The notes beneath the pieces were generated by a model. The model was not told the DNA's origin. It was given only the letters and a program-made list of their open reading frames with translations, and made no database searches. A stretch of 64,000 bases of DNA from an uncultured Microthrixaceae bacterium (GTDB taxonomy: Bacteria; Actinomycetota; Acidimicrobiia; Acidimicrobiales; Acidimicrobilacustridaceae): assembly GCA_963793965.1 (NCBI GenBank), contig CAWCCB010000001.1, positions 125,071 to 189,070 on the forward strand, in the 5' to 3' direction. The position numbers were made by a program, and so were the translations under genes. Below, piece by piece: positions 42,202 to 54,420 of this stretch. Each line of letters begins with the position of its first letter. Within the stretch, counting starts at the first letter, position 1.

Positions 42202-42790
42202 TCAGGCCCGGTCGGCGCGACGGCGGCGAGCCAGGTGCACATGGGCCTTGGCCGCTCCCCAGACCAGGCCGGGCTCGGCCAGAGCCGGGTCGATGTCGGC
42301 GAAGGACGCCGGCATGAGGTCGTAGACGTCGTCGGGGTCCTGGCGCCGGGCGAAGGCGTCCCGGGCCAGCGGGGCCACGCCTGCGGCCTCGCAGCGCCTG
42401 GGTGGCCCAGCGCACCTGCGCCCGGGCGATGGCCAACGGGCGTGGTGGTCTGGGCGTCGATGTCGGCGCCCAGCAGCGCGCCGCAGAGCCGGGCCGGCCT
42501 CGGCCCCGGCCCGTGCCCCGGCCTCGGGCGGCGGCGGCGTGCTGCGGCGTCGGTCAGCTCCCGCCGGCGCCGACCAGACCGATCGAGCACCGACCGCTCG
42601 ATCCAACCGGGGATGGCCTCGGCCATGGCGTCGGCCAGGGCCGCCGCGTAGCCGGCCAGGGCGGCGGCGTCGCCGGGATCGTCGCCGTCGGCGCCGATCG
42701 CTCCGCCGCCCGGGCCGGGGGCGGCGGGTTGGCATCGGGGGCCATGGCCACCATGCTGGCGGACATGAGCCGGCCGGTGCGCATCGAACC
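42202..42790 (-). CDS. hypothetical protein (weak)
   Basis: The C-terminal ~60 aa (…AAGVAPLARDAFARRQDPDDVYDLMPASFADIDPALAEPGLVWGAAKAHVHLARRRR…) have protein-like composition. The upstream part requires frame changes (…DPGDAAALAGYAAALADAMAEAIPGWIERSVLDRS…). Confidence 0.2.
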
Positions 42791-43267
42791 CGGGCCCGGG
42801 CAGGAGTCGGTGTGGGACTATCCCCGCCCACCCCGCATCGAGCCGTGTTCCGAACGGGTGGTGGTGCGCGTCGCCGGTCTGGTGCTGGCCGACACCACCC
42901 GGGCGCTGCGGGTGCTCGAGACCAGCCAGCCCCCGGCGTTCTACCTGCCGCCGGACGACGTGGACCTCGATCGCCTGGAGCCGAGCGCCACCGCGCACCT
43001 GGTGCGAGTGGAAGGGCGAGGCCAGCCTACTTCTCGGTTCGGGCCGGCGACCGCGCGTGCCGTCGACGCGGCCTGGACCTACCGCCACCCCGAACGCCGG
43101 GCTTCGAGGCCATCGCCGACCACCTGGCCTTCTACCCGGCCCGCGTGGACGCCTGCTTCGTGGGCGACGAGCAGGTGTCGGCCGGCGAAGGCTCCTTCTA
43201 CGGCGGCTGGATCACCTCCCGGGTGGTCGGGCCCTTCAAGGGCGCGCCGGGCACCCTGCACTGGTGA
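42744..43267 (+). CDS. DUF427 domain protein; two frameshifts
   Basis: …VRIEPGPGQESVWDYPRPPRIEPCSERVVVRVAGLVLADTTRALRVLETSQPPAFYLPPDDVDLDRLEP… then …AVDAAWTYRHPE / GFEAIADHLAFYPARVDACFVGDEQV…GPFKGAPGTLHW*. Confidence 0.5.
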
Positions 43268-43291
43268 GCCCACGCCGACCCGCGAGCGCGC

Positions 43292-43584
43292 GTGAGGATC
43301 CGGGCGCTGTCGGTGTTCGAGGGCGTCGTGTACCACTGCTGGCCCGTCGACCGGCCAACCCGGGCCGGCCGGTGCTCGAGGTCGAGGCCCTGCTGCGCGA
43401 CGGCGACGCCGATGCCACCAGCGGCCCGCTGCTGCTGACGGTGGCCGACTACGTGGCCATGGTGGGCGGCATCGACCAGGCCCGGCCCCATCTGCGCGAG
43501 CTCGACCGCCAGGGCCGCATCGTCGACCACCTGGGGGTCCAGCACATCAGCTTCCCCATGTGGACCCGCGTCACCGACGCCTGA
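43292..43584 (+). CDS. hypothetical small protein; one frameshift
   Basis: GTG start; VRIRALSVFEGVVYHCWPVDRPTRAG / PVLEVEALLRDGDADATSGPLLLTVADYVAMVGGIDQARPHLRELDRQGRIVDHLGVQHISFPMWTRVTDA*. Confidence 0.3.
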
Positions 43585-44375
43585 GAGCCGCGCCGTTGAG
43601 GTTGCCCGAGCGCAGGCCTTCGAGATCGAGGGTGACGTAGCGATAGCCGGCGGCGTGGACGGCGTCGACCACCTCGTCGCGCTCGGGCCAGCACCCGTTC
43701 GAGGTCGGCCAGCGGCACCTCGAGTCGGGCCAGCTCGCCGTAGTGGCGGACCCGCAGCTCGTCGAACCCGAGCCGGCGCAGGCCGGTCTCGGCCGCCTCC
43801 ACCTCGCGCAGGACGCGTCAGGCTGACCGGCGTGCCGTAGGGGACCCGCGAGGCCAGGCAGGCGGCGGCCGGCTTGTCCCAGGTGCGCAGCCCCAGCTGC
43901 TGGGAGGCGGCGCGGACGTCGGCTTTGGTGAACCCGGCCTCGACCAGGGGGAACGCCGCGCCCCGCTCGGCGGCGACGGCCTGGCCGGGCCGGTGGTCGC
44001 CCAGGTCGTCCAGGTTGACGCCCAGCACCACCGTGGCGTCGTCGCTCGGCGGCCAGGGGCTCGAGCACGTCCATCAACGCCGTCTTGCAGTGGGCGCAGC
44101 GATCGGTGTCGTTGGCCCGGTAGGCGGCGTCGGCCAGCTCGTCGGTGCGCACCTCCAGCCAGGGCAGCTGCCACTCCTGGGCCAGGGCGGCGCAGTCGTC
44201 GCGCTCGAATCCGGCCAGCGACGGGGACACGGCGGTCACGGCCAGGACCCGCTCGGACGCCCAGGGCCTCGTGCGCCGTCCAGGCCAGGAAGGCCGAGTC
44301 GGCCCCGCCGCTGAAGGCCACCACCACCCGGTCGTAGCCGTCGAGACGCCGGCGGAGCGTGGCGAGGTCACCCAT
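43571..44375 (-). CDS. PP-loop ATP pyrophosphatase of the LarE/TIGR00268-like family; frameshifted
   Basis: MGDLATLRRRLDGYDRVVVAFSGGADSAFLAWTAHEALG (SGGxDS PP-loop), …NDTDRCAHCKTALMDVL…, and C-terminus …DEVVDAVHAAGYRYVTLDLEGLRSGNLN…. Confidence 0.5.
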
Positions 44376-44400
44376 GGCGCGCGCCCGGCCGATCCGGCGA

Positions 44401-45093
44401 TCAACTGGAGACGAGGCCCGCGCTGGCCAGGACCGTTCCGATGGGGGCCACCAGGCCGGTGAAGAAGGGCCCGAACTCGGCGTAGCGGGCCGACGCCTGG
44501 TCGAAGCGCATGGTGTAGACGACCTCCTTGAGGTCGTCGGGATGCTGGGCGAACAGGGTGACGCCCCACTCGTAGTCGTCCAGGCCCGGCCGAGCCGGTG
44601 ACGACCTGGAGCACCCGACCGGCGAAGTTCCGCCCCGACGCCCCGTGCTCCATCATCAGCGCCTTGCGATCGTCGTAGGCCAGCTCGTACCAGTTCTGGT
44701 CGGGCTCGCGGCGCTTCGACATGGGGTAGAAGCACCAGGCCGGCTTGCCTTCGGGGGGGAGCTGGGGGTGCAGCCGGGCCTCGCGCAGCGCCTCGGGCAC
44801 GCCCTGGGCGTACTCGCTCAGCTCGGTGAGCGACACGTAGGAGTCGACCACCTCGAGCCCGGCGGCCTGCAGGTCGCCCTGCAGCTGGCGAAGCCGCCAC
44901 AGGTCGTCGCCCAGCGCCATGAAGGCCAGGTCGGCCTTGTGGCCCGAGGATCGACACCGTGACCACCTGGTCGCCGGCCGCCTCGGCCCGCTTGACCGCG
45001 GCGGTGATCTCCTCGGCGTCGGCCAGCGGACCCGACCTTGCAGAACAGGTGCAGGACACCCCAACCCACCTTCGGCGACACCGGTTCGTTCAC
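44401..45093 (-). CDS. hemQ: coproheme decarboxylase HemQ/ChdC (chlorite dismutase family); several frameshifts
   Basis: [20 protein letters not shown]…, …[55 protein letters not shown]…, and …[29 protein letters not shown]. Confidence 0.65.
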
Positions 45094-45172
45094 CCGGCCA
45101 GTCTAGGTCCGGCCCGGCCGGGCCCGACCCCGGCTCGGTCGTCAGCGGCTCAGGTCGGCCGGGTGTAGACGT

Positions 45173-45950
45173 TCATGCGCGATGCCCCGCACGAACCCGG
45201 CCAGCACCAGGCCCGGCCCGCTCGGCCGTCGACACCGCCAGCGACGTCGGTGCGCTGACCGCCACCAGCGCGGAGAAGCCCGCGGCCCACGCCTTCTGCA
45301 CCAGCTCGAAGGAGGCCCGGCCGCTCACGTACAGTCCATCACCGGCTGGCGGGCAGCCGACCGTCGAGCAGCAACCGGCCCACGACCTTGTCGACCGCGT
45401 TGTGGCGCCCGACGTCCTCACGCACGACGCCGACGGTGGCCGTGGCGATCGAACGAGCGCGGCGGCGTGCACCGCGCCGGTGATCTCGAACAGCTCCTGG
45501 TCGCGGCGGATGCGCTCGGCCATGCCGGCCAGCACGTCGAGGGGGATCGCCTCGGTCGGGGGAAGCGGGCTCGAGTCGGTCGGCCAGCTCGTCGATGGAG
45601 GTGGACCCGCACAGCCCGCACGACGACGAGGTCACACCCAGCCGCGCCGTCGGGACCGGGGCCAGCCCCCCGGTGTCGACCGATACCACGTTGAACTCGC
45701 TGTCGACGGCCGAGCCGGTTCCGCAGTAGCGACACGTGCGCACCGGGGCGCCGCCCAGCAGGCCGTCGGTGAAGCAGAAGCCCACGGCCAGCTCGAAGTC
45801 GTGCCCCGGCGTGCGCATGGTGGTGGCCACCAAGTGGTCGTCGAGCCGGATGGTCATGGGCTCCTCGACGGCCAGCTCGTCGGGGTGGCGCCGGGCGTGG
45901 CCATCCTCGATGGTGGTGGTGAGCACCGTCGCGGTGCGGCCCCGGGGCAC
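45173..45950 (-). CDS. fdhD: sulfurtransferase FdhD (formate dehydrogenase/molybdoenzyme accessory protein); frameshifted
   Basis: …LAVEEPMTIRLDDHLVATTMRTPGHDFELAVGFCFTDGLL… then …REDVGRHNAVDKVVGRLLLDGRLP…YVSGRASFELVQKAWAAGFSALVAVSAPTSLAVSTAERAG…. Confidence 0.6.
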
Positions 45951-46030
45951 CCTCGGAGGCTACCGGCCTACGCGCCGACCCCGGCCCCGCCGGACCCCGG
46001 ACGCGCCCGAGTCATCGGCCCGGACGCGAC

Positions 46031-46054
46031 GGGAGCGCCCCACAGGGCGCTCCC
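46031..46054 (-). terminator. GC-rich hairpin GGGAGCGCCC-caca-GGGCGCTCCC downstream of groEL (factor-independent terminator candidate, no U-tail)
   Basis: Perfect 10-bp stem with 4-nt loop, lying ~70 nt 3' of the groEL stop on the minus strand. Confidence 0.35.
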
Positions 46055-46122
46055 GTCCACGAAACTGGGCGTCAAAATGTGCGGTATCCGCCCACAAAGA
46101 TGCCCAATTTGCTGTGGTGGAC

Positions 46123-47765
<1,643 letters not shown>

Positions 47766-47792
47766 TTAGCACTCTCACTTCGAGACTGCTAA
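47766..47792. promoter_or_regulatory. CIRCE element (HrcA operator) TTAGCACTC-N9-GACTGCTAA in the groEL 5' region
   Basis: Matches the consensus TTAGCACTC-N9-GAGTGCTAA with one mismatch. Located 22-48 nt upstream of the groEL start codon. Confidence 0.7.
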
Positions 47793-47925
47793 CAGGAAAC
47801 CAAAACCGCGCCCCAGCCGCAACCCGGGCCGCCGGATTCCGCGCCGATGGCCCGCCCGGGGCACCCGGCGGCGACGCCGGGCCCGAGCGGTCCAGGGACC
47901 GCTCCCGGTTGCTTAGGCTGCCCCG

Positions 47926-49612
47926 GTGGCGACACATCCGGGGGCCGACCAGCCGATCGTGGTGGTGGGCGCAGGCGTGGCCGGCCTGGGTACCGCCCTG
48001 GCCCTGTCGCGGGCCGGGCACGCGGTCACCCTGGTCGAGCGCGACGACACACCCCTGCCGGCCGATCCCGACGCCGCCTTCGAGTGGGACCGCCGAGGCG
48101 CGCCCCAGGTGCGTCACTCCCACGCCCTGCTGGCCCGCCTCCACAACCTGCTGCGGGACAAGCTACCCCGACGTGCTGGCCGACCTGCTGGCCGCCGGCG
48201 CCACCGAGATGCGCTTCACCGACGACCTGCCCGAGGAGATCACCGACCGCGATCCCCGGCCCGGCGACGACGACCTGGTGGCCCTGGCCTGTCGCCGGAC
48301 CACCTTCGAATGGGTCCTGCGCCGGACGGTCCTGGCCAGCGACCGGGTGACCCTGCGCCACGGCGTGGTGGTGGACGGGCTGGAGGCCATCGAGGCGGCC
48401 ACGCGCCGACGGCCAGTGGCGTGGGCCCCGGATCACCGGGGTGCGGCTGCGACCGGCGCACGCCCCGGCCGACGGCGATCACGAGGTGCTGGACGCCCCC
48501 CTGGTGGTGGCCGCCCTGGGCCGGCGCTCGGCGGTGCCCCGGTGGCTCGGCGAGCTGGGCGTCGAGCTCCCCGAACACGAGGAGGACACCGGGCTGGTCT
48601 ACCTGTCGCGGCTTCTACCGGCTCCACGACGGCGTGGTCCCTCCGCCCACCGGCGGTCCCATCGGCGGTGACCTGGGCTACCTCAAGTACGCCATCTTCC
48701 AGGGCGACAACCGCACCCACTCGGTCACCTTCGCCCTCGACACCGAGGACGCCGAGCTGCGCTCCCGCCTGGTCGACCCCGATGCCTTCGACCGGGCCGC
48801 CACCGCCCTGGTGGTGACCCGGCCCTGGGTGGACCCGGCGCTGACCCGCGGCCATCACCGGCGTCCACACCATGGGCGGGCTGATCAACCGCCGGGTCGA
48901 GTACCTCGACGACGGTCGGCCCCGCCTGCTGGGCTTCCACGCCGTGGGCGACGCCCACACCTGCACGAACCCCCTCTACGGGCGGGGCTGCTCGTTGGCC
49001 ATGGTGCAGGCCACCTGCTGGCCGATGCCGTGGCCGACCATCCCGGGTCCGAGCCGCAGGTGCTCGAGCGCGGGCGCCTGGCCTACGAACAGGGCGTCGA
49101 GCGCGAGGTCCTGCCCTGGTACCGGGCCGCGGTGAACCAGGACCGCCTCAACCGCCAGGCGGCGGTGGCCCGCGACCAGCAGCGCCGGGCCGAGACCGTC
49201 AACGGCACCAGATGCGCTCGAAGCCACGGCGGGCGACCCGAGACCGACGACGATGGCTCCCGAGGGCCGCGACGCCGGGCCAGACGATGGCCAGCAGGAG
49301 GCGGCCCAGCAGGCACGGGACTTCATGCAGTCGCTCATGCGGGACGGGCTGATGGTGGCCGTGCGCACCGATGCCACCGTGTTCCGGGCCTTCGTGCGGT
49401 CGTTCAACCTGCTCGACCCGCCCGAGCTGATCATGAACGACCCCGAGGTGATGAACCGGGTGCTGGCTCGCGTACCAGACCCGCGACGAACGTCCCCCGG
49501 AGCCGGCGCTGGGGCCCGAGCGGGCCGACCTGCTGCCGGCCTGCCCTGGCCGGCTCCGACTGAACGCCGCCCATGGGTCTCTGGTTCAGGCCGAGTGCCG
49601 GACGGCCGATGA
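47926..49612 (+). CDS. FAD-dependent oxidoreductase/monooxygenase; many frameshifts, 3' end uncertain
   Basis: GTG start; …PIVVVGAGVAGLGTALALSRAGHAVTLVERDD… (GxGxxG); …DLVALACRRTTFEWVLRRTVLASDRVTLRHGVVVDGLE…; …DGRPRLLGFHAVGDAHTCTNPLYGRGCSLAMVQAT… Scattered over three frames. Confidence 0.4.
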
Positions 49613-49687
49613 TGCAGGGAGACGAGCGACGGTACCCAGAGGAGAGGGTGACCGGACGGTCAACGACGACGTCCGGTCACTCCTCCG

Positions 49688-49770
49688 GGTACCCGGCTCA
49701 GCCGCCGACCGACCTGACGCGCCGGCTCAGCCGCCGGCGACCTGACGCGCCGGCTCAGCCGCCGGCGACG
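49688..49770. repeat. ~28-bp tandem repeat (three copies) overlapping and extending the 3' end of the moaD-like gene
   Basis: Units ccggctcagccgccg(a/g)cgacctgacgcg x2, plus a third diverged unit that encodes …QAVAGG*. Each unit contains GCCGGCG…CGCCGGC inverted repeats. Confidence 0.6.
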
Positions 49771-50030
49771 GCCTGCATGATCGACAGGGTGCCCCCGTCG
49801 GGCACGGCCGTGTCCAGCCCGTCGAGGAAGCGCACGTCGTCGTCGTCCACGAACAGGTTGACGTAGCGCACCAGCGAACCCTGGTCGTCGAGCAGCTTGT
49901 CCTTGAAGCCCGGGTGGGCGGCCTCGAGCGAGGACAGCACCTCGGCCACCGTGGCGCCGTCGGCGTCGACCTGCGACGACCCGGACGTCAGGGTGCGGAA
50001 CACGGGGGGCACACGAACGGTCACACTCAT
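49755..50030 (-). CDS. MoaD/ThiS-family sulfur-carrier protein ending in Gly-Gly
   Basis: MSVTVRVPPVFRTLTSGSSQVDADGATVAEVLSSLEAAHPGFKDKLLDDQGSLVRYVNLFVDDDDVRFLDGLDTAVPDGGTLSIMQAVAGG*. Confidence 0.65.
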   Translation of the reverse strand: MSVTVRVPPVFRTLTSGSSQVDADGATVAEVLSSLEAAHPGFKDKLLDDQGSLVRYVNLFVDDDDVRFLDGLDTAVPDGGTLSIMQAVAGG

Positions 50031-50134
50031 GGCCGGCAGCGTATACGGCCGTTCCACCGGTTCCTGTCCCCGATGAACGCCCGATCCGGGCCGCGATATC
50101 GGGGTCCGGTTCCGCGCCCGGATCCCTCAGGGGG

Positions 50135-52418
50135 TCACTGCTGCAACATGATGGCCTCGAACTCGGCCAGGGGGTTGCGAGCCGGGCGACCGGTGACCTC
50201 CACCACCGCGTCGTGGATGGCGCCGGCGAAGCGGAACGGGGCCAGGTAGCCCGGGCCCGACCGCCGGGCCCATCTCGTAGCCACAGGTCAGCCCGACGCC
50301 GGTGCCGGTGAACTTGGCCGGCGTGAACCGCTCGATGCGACCGGTGGCCAGGGTCTGGTCGTCGCACCACAGGCGGATGTCGCCGGCGTGCTCCGCGGTC
50401 CTGTCGAAGGCGAAGCCCGACCTGGTGGCGGCCGGGAGCCAGCGGCGGGTCGGTCTCCAGCACGTCGACCTGCTTGCCGTACAGGTTGTGGGCGTAGCGC
50501 AACCGGCCGTCGAGCACGTGCAGCGACCAGCCCGCCCAGCACCGATCCCAGGGCCAGCAGCACCCCGTCGCCCGCGCGACCCGAAGTCGGCGTCGACCAG
50601 GATGCGGTGCGAGCGGTTGCGCACGTCCACGGCCACGGCTTCGGGCACCGGGGCACCGTGGGGCAGGTAGCGGTAGCTCGAGGCGGTCCGCGCAGCCGGC
50701 TGGGGCGGGGGTTGAGGATGGTGTAGAGCACCCGGTTGTCCAGGGGCAGCACCTGGTTGGCGCGGGCCTCGGCCCACCACCGCTCGACCATCTCGGCCAG
50801 CCGGTCGGGCTCCTCGGCCGCCAGGTCGTGCATCTCGGACAGGTCGTGAGCCACGTGGTACAGCTCCCACGGGATCCTCGTCGAAGGGCCCCATCCAGTC
50901 CCGCCCGTCGTCGTACATGGGACCGAGCGGCTTGAAGGTCACCGCCTTCCAGCCCCGGTGGTAGATGGCGCGGGATCCGAACATCTCGAAGTACTGGGTG
51001 TGGTGCCGCTCGGGCTGGTCGGCCACCGTCGGGTCCCAGCAGGTAGGCGAAGCTGGTGCCGTCGACCGGGCTCTGGGGCACGTGGCCCACCACCTCGGGC
51101 GCCGACAGGCCGGCCAGTTCGAGCACGGTCGGGGCCACGTCGATGGCGTGGGCGAACTGGTGGCGGATGGTGCCGGCCGCGGCGCCCAGCCGAGCCGGCC
51201 AGCTCACGATGCAGGGATCGGCCACGCCGCCCTCGTGCACCTCGCGCTTCCAGCGCCGGAACGGGCGTGTTGCCGGCCATCGTCCAGCCCCACGGGTAGT
51301 TGTTGTGGGTGCTGGGGGTGCCGATCTCGTCGATGCGCCGACGCAGCTCGCGAGGACCGGCCGGGTCCAGGTTGGTCAGCCGGGCGTCGTTGATCGACCC
51401 CTGGGCCCCGCCCTCGGCGCTGGCCCCGTTGTCCGACACCACCATCACCAGGGTGTTGTCGCGCTCGGCGCGCTGGTCGATGAAGTCGAGCACCCGGCCG
51501 ATCTGGGCGTCGGTGTGGGACAGGTAGCCGGCGAAGCACTCCATGAACCGTGCCGCCACCGCCTGGTCGGCGGGATCCAGGTCGTCCCAGGCCGGCACCC
51601 AGGGCGGGCGCGGCGACAGCTCGGTGCCCTCGGGCACCAGGCCCATGGCCAGCTGGCGGGAGAAGGTGCGCTCGCGCCACGCGTCCCAACCGTCGTCGAA
51701 CCGGCCCCGGTAGCGCTGCGCCCACGCCTCCGGCGGCTGGTGGGGGGAATGGCAGGCCCCGCTGGCGAAGTACAGGAAGAACGGGCGCTGATCGTCGACG
51801 GCCCGCAGGTCGCCCAGGAACTCGATGGCCCGATCGGCCAGGTCCTCGCTCAGGTGGTAGCCGGTCCTCGAAGGTCCCGGGCGGAGCCACGGCGTGGTTG
51901 TCGTGGTAGAGCGCGGGAGCGAACTGGTGGGTCTCGCCGCCGTGGAAGCCGTACCACCGGTCGAAGCCGCGACCCAGCGGCCAGGTCCGCCGCGACGCAC
52001 CCATGTGGGTGTCCTCATCGGGGGTCAGGTGCCACTTGCCCACCGCGTAGGAGGCGTAGCCCTCCTGGCCCAGGATCTCGGACAGGAACCCGTTCTCGAT
52101 GGGGATCTGGCCCCAGTAGCCGGGGTAGCCCATGGCCAGATCGGCCACCCGCCCCATGGCGTTGCGGTGGTGGTTGCGTCCGGTGAGCAGGCACGAGCGG
52201 GTGGGCGAGCACAGCGCGGTGGTGTGGAAGTTGGCCAGTCGCACGCCCCCGGCGGCCAGGGCGTCGATCACGGGCGTGTCGATGTCGGAGCCGTAGCAGC
52301 CGAGCTGGGCGTAGCCCACGTCGTCGAGCACGATCAGCACCACGTTGGGTGCGCCGGGTGGCGGATCGGGCTCCTCGGGCCACCACGGCTCCGAGTCACG
52401 CCAGTCCGTTCCGATCAT
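50135..52418 (-). CDS. arylsulfatase (formylglycine-dependent sulfatase family), ~760 aa with C-terminal extension; multiple frameshifts
   Basis: Sulfatase signature HTTALCSPTRSCLLTGRNHH. …QRPFFLYFASGACHSPHQ…, …LVMVVSDNGASAEGG…, …HEGGVADPCIVSWP…. C-terminus …FAGAIHDAVVEVTGRPARNPLAEFEAIMLQQ*. Confidence 0.6.
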
Positions 52419-52486
52419 GTTCGACAACCTACGTCGCCTTGCCAGGGCCGGGGGTTGTCGGTGACCATGAAGGGGTGCCAGCAGCC

Positions 52487-53372
52487 ATGCTGCGGACCTT
52501 CCGCGCCGGGGAGTTCGACCCCGCCCGCCTCGTCGCCGACAAGGCCGGGCGGCTGATCTCGGTCTGCCTGCCGGCCCGCGACGAACAGGAGACGGTGGGC
52601 CTGATCGTCGACGCCATCCGTCGCACCCTGATGGAGCGCTGGCCGCTGGTGGACGAGCTGCTGGTCATCGACGACCACTCGACCGACCGCACCGCCCAGG
52701 TGGCGGCCGACGCCGGGGCCACCATCCTGCGCGCCGATGAGATCCTCACCGGCTACGGGCACGGCCACGGCAAGGGCGAGGCGCTGTGGAAGTCGCTCTA
52801 CGCCTCCCGGGGCGACCTCATCGCCTGGTGCGATGCCGACGTGCGCCAGTTCGACCCCACCTTCGTGGTCGGCCTGGTCGGTCCGCTGCTGACCCGGCCC
52901 GGACGTGGCCTTCGTGAAGGGCTTCTACGAGCGCCCGGTGGACGGCGACCAGGGGGGCCGGGTCACCGAGCTGGTGGCCCGACCGGTGGTGTCGCTGCTG
53001 TTCCCGCAGCTGGCCCCGTTCGTGCAGCCGCTGGCCGGCGAGTACGCCGGTCGTCGCGAGATCCTCGAGCAGCTGCCGTTCATCGAGGGCTACGGCGTCG
53101 ACCTGGGGCTGCTGATCGACATCGAGGCCCGGTTCGGGCTGGGGGCCATGGTCCAGGTCGATCTCGGCCAGCGGATCCACCGCAACCGCCCCCTCGACCA
53201 GCTCTCCCCTCAGGCGCAGGCCGTCCTGCAGGCCGCCCTGCATCGGGCGGCGCCGGATCTGGTGGGCACCACCGAGGTGCTGGTCCGACCCGGGCGCGAT
53301 CCCGAGGTGGTGGACGTGACCGAGCGCCCGCCCCTGGTGGAGGTGCCCGAGTACCGCCGCTCCTCGGCCTAG
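52487..53372 (+). CDS. gpgS: glucosyl-3-phosphoglycerate synthase (GT81); frameshift near 52900
   Basis: …ISVCLPARDEQETVGLIVDAIRRTL…LLVIDDHSTDRTAQVAADAGATIL…HGKGEALWKSLYASRGDLIAWCDADV… then …FVKGFYERPVDGDQGGRVTELVARPVVSLLFPQLAPFVQPLAGEYAGRREILEQLPF…HRNRPLDQL…. Confidence 0.75.
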
Positions 53373-54373
53373 CTCAGACTGGCCGTTCGGACAGGCGCTC
53401 GGCGCACGACCGACTCGACGGCGGCCAGGGTGTCGTGGCGGGCCCGGTCGTCGCCCACCCGGTCGACCAGCGAGATGGCATCGATCCACTGGTCGGCGTC
53501 GTCGAAGCAGTCACCCACCACGGCCAGGACCGGGAGATCGAGGTGGGCAGCCAGCCCGGCCACGCCGCCCACCGTCTTGCCGTCGAAGGACTCGGCGTCG
53601 AGGAACCCCTCGCCGGTGATGACCAGATCGGCGTGCTCGAGCCGATCGAACAGCTCGGTCTCCTCGGCCACCACGTCGAACCCGCTCTCCAGGTGGGCGC
53701 CGGCCGCGGCCAGACCACCGGCCAGGCCGCCCGCCGCGCCCGAGCCGACCAGCTGACCCACGTCGACCCCGTGGTCGTGGAGGTAGACGTCGGCCAGGCG
53801 CTCGAGGCGGGCGGTGAGCAGCCGGACCTGCGCCGGCGTGGCTCCCTTCTGGGGCCCGAACAGGCGGGCGGCGTCGACGAACTCGGTGCGCACGTCGCAA
53901 GCCACCACCAGCTCCACCCCTCGCAGGCGCGGCAGCGGCGACAGCGCCCGCAGCGCCCCCAGCCCTCCGTCGGTGGTGGCGGACCCGCCCACCGCCACCA
54001 GGACGCGGGTGGCGCCGCTCTCCACCGCGGCGGCGATGAGCTCGCCGGTGCCCGCGGTGGTGGCGGCCATCGGGTCGTTGTCCTCGGCGCCGCCAGCCAG
54101 CTCCAACCCCGACGCCCGGGCCATCTCGATCACCGCCCGGCGCCGGTGCAGGCGCCACCCAGCCTCCACCGGGTCGCCCAGAGGTCCGGTCACGGTGGTG
54201 GAGCGGTTGGCGCCGCCCAGCACGTCCAGGGTGCCTTCGCCGCCGTCGGCCATGGGGGCCCGGTCACAGGTGTGTCCCGCCGCCTCGACGGCCCGGGCGA
54301 TGGCGTCGGCCACCTCGGCGGCCGATGCCGTCCCCCGGAACTTGTCAGGCGCGGCGACCACGTGCATCGCCAT
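53369..54373 (-). CDS. glycerate kinase
   Basis: Intact ORF; MAMHVVAAPDKFRGTASAAEVADAIARA…LVAVGGSATTDGGLGALRAL…LVITGEGFLDAESFDGKTVGGVAGLAAHLDLPVLAVVGD…. Confidence 0.75.
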   Translation of the reverse strand: MAMHVVAAPDKFRGTASAAEVADAIARAVEAAGHTCDRAPMADGGEGTLDVLGGANRSTTVTGPLGDPVEAGWRLHRRRAVIEMARASGLELAGGAEDNDPMAATTAGTGELIAAAVESGATRVLVAVGGSATTDGGLGALRALSPLPRLRGVELVVACDVRTEFVDAARLFGPQKGATPAQVRLLTARLERLADVYLHDHGVDVGQLVGSGAAGGLAGGLAAAGAHLESGFDVVAEETELFDRLEHADLVITGEGFLDAESFDGKTVGGVAGLAAHLDLPVLAVVGDCFDDADQWIDAISLVDRVGDDRARHDTLAAVESVVRRAPVRTASLS

Positions 54374-54420
54374 TGTGTAGCGGGTCCGCCCGGTCACCGC
54401 CGCTGGGGCATGATCGTCCC

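Noticed and set aside
41337-43088. 583-aa ORF on the minus strand
   Set aside because: Arg/Pro/Gly-rich and antisense to the DUF427 gene and the small Cys protein region. Only its 3' ~200 nt (see feature 42202..42790) looks protein-like.
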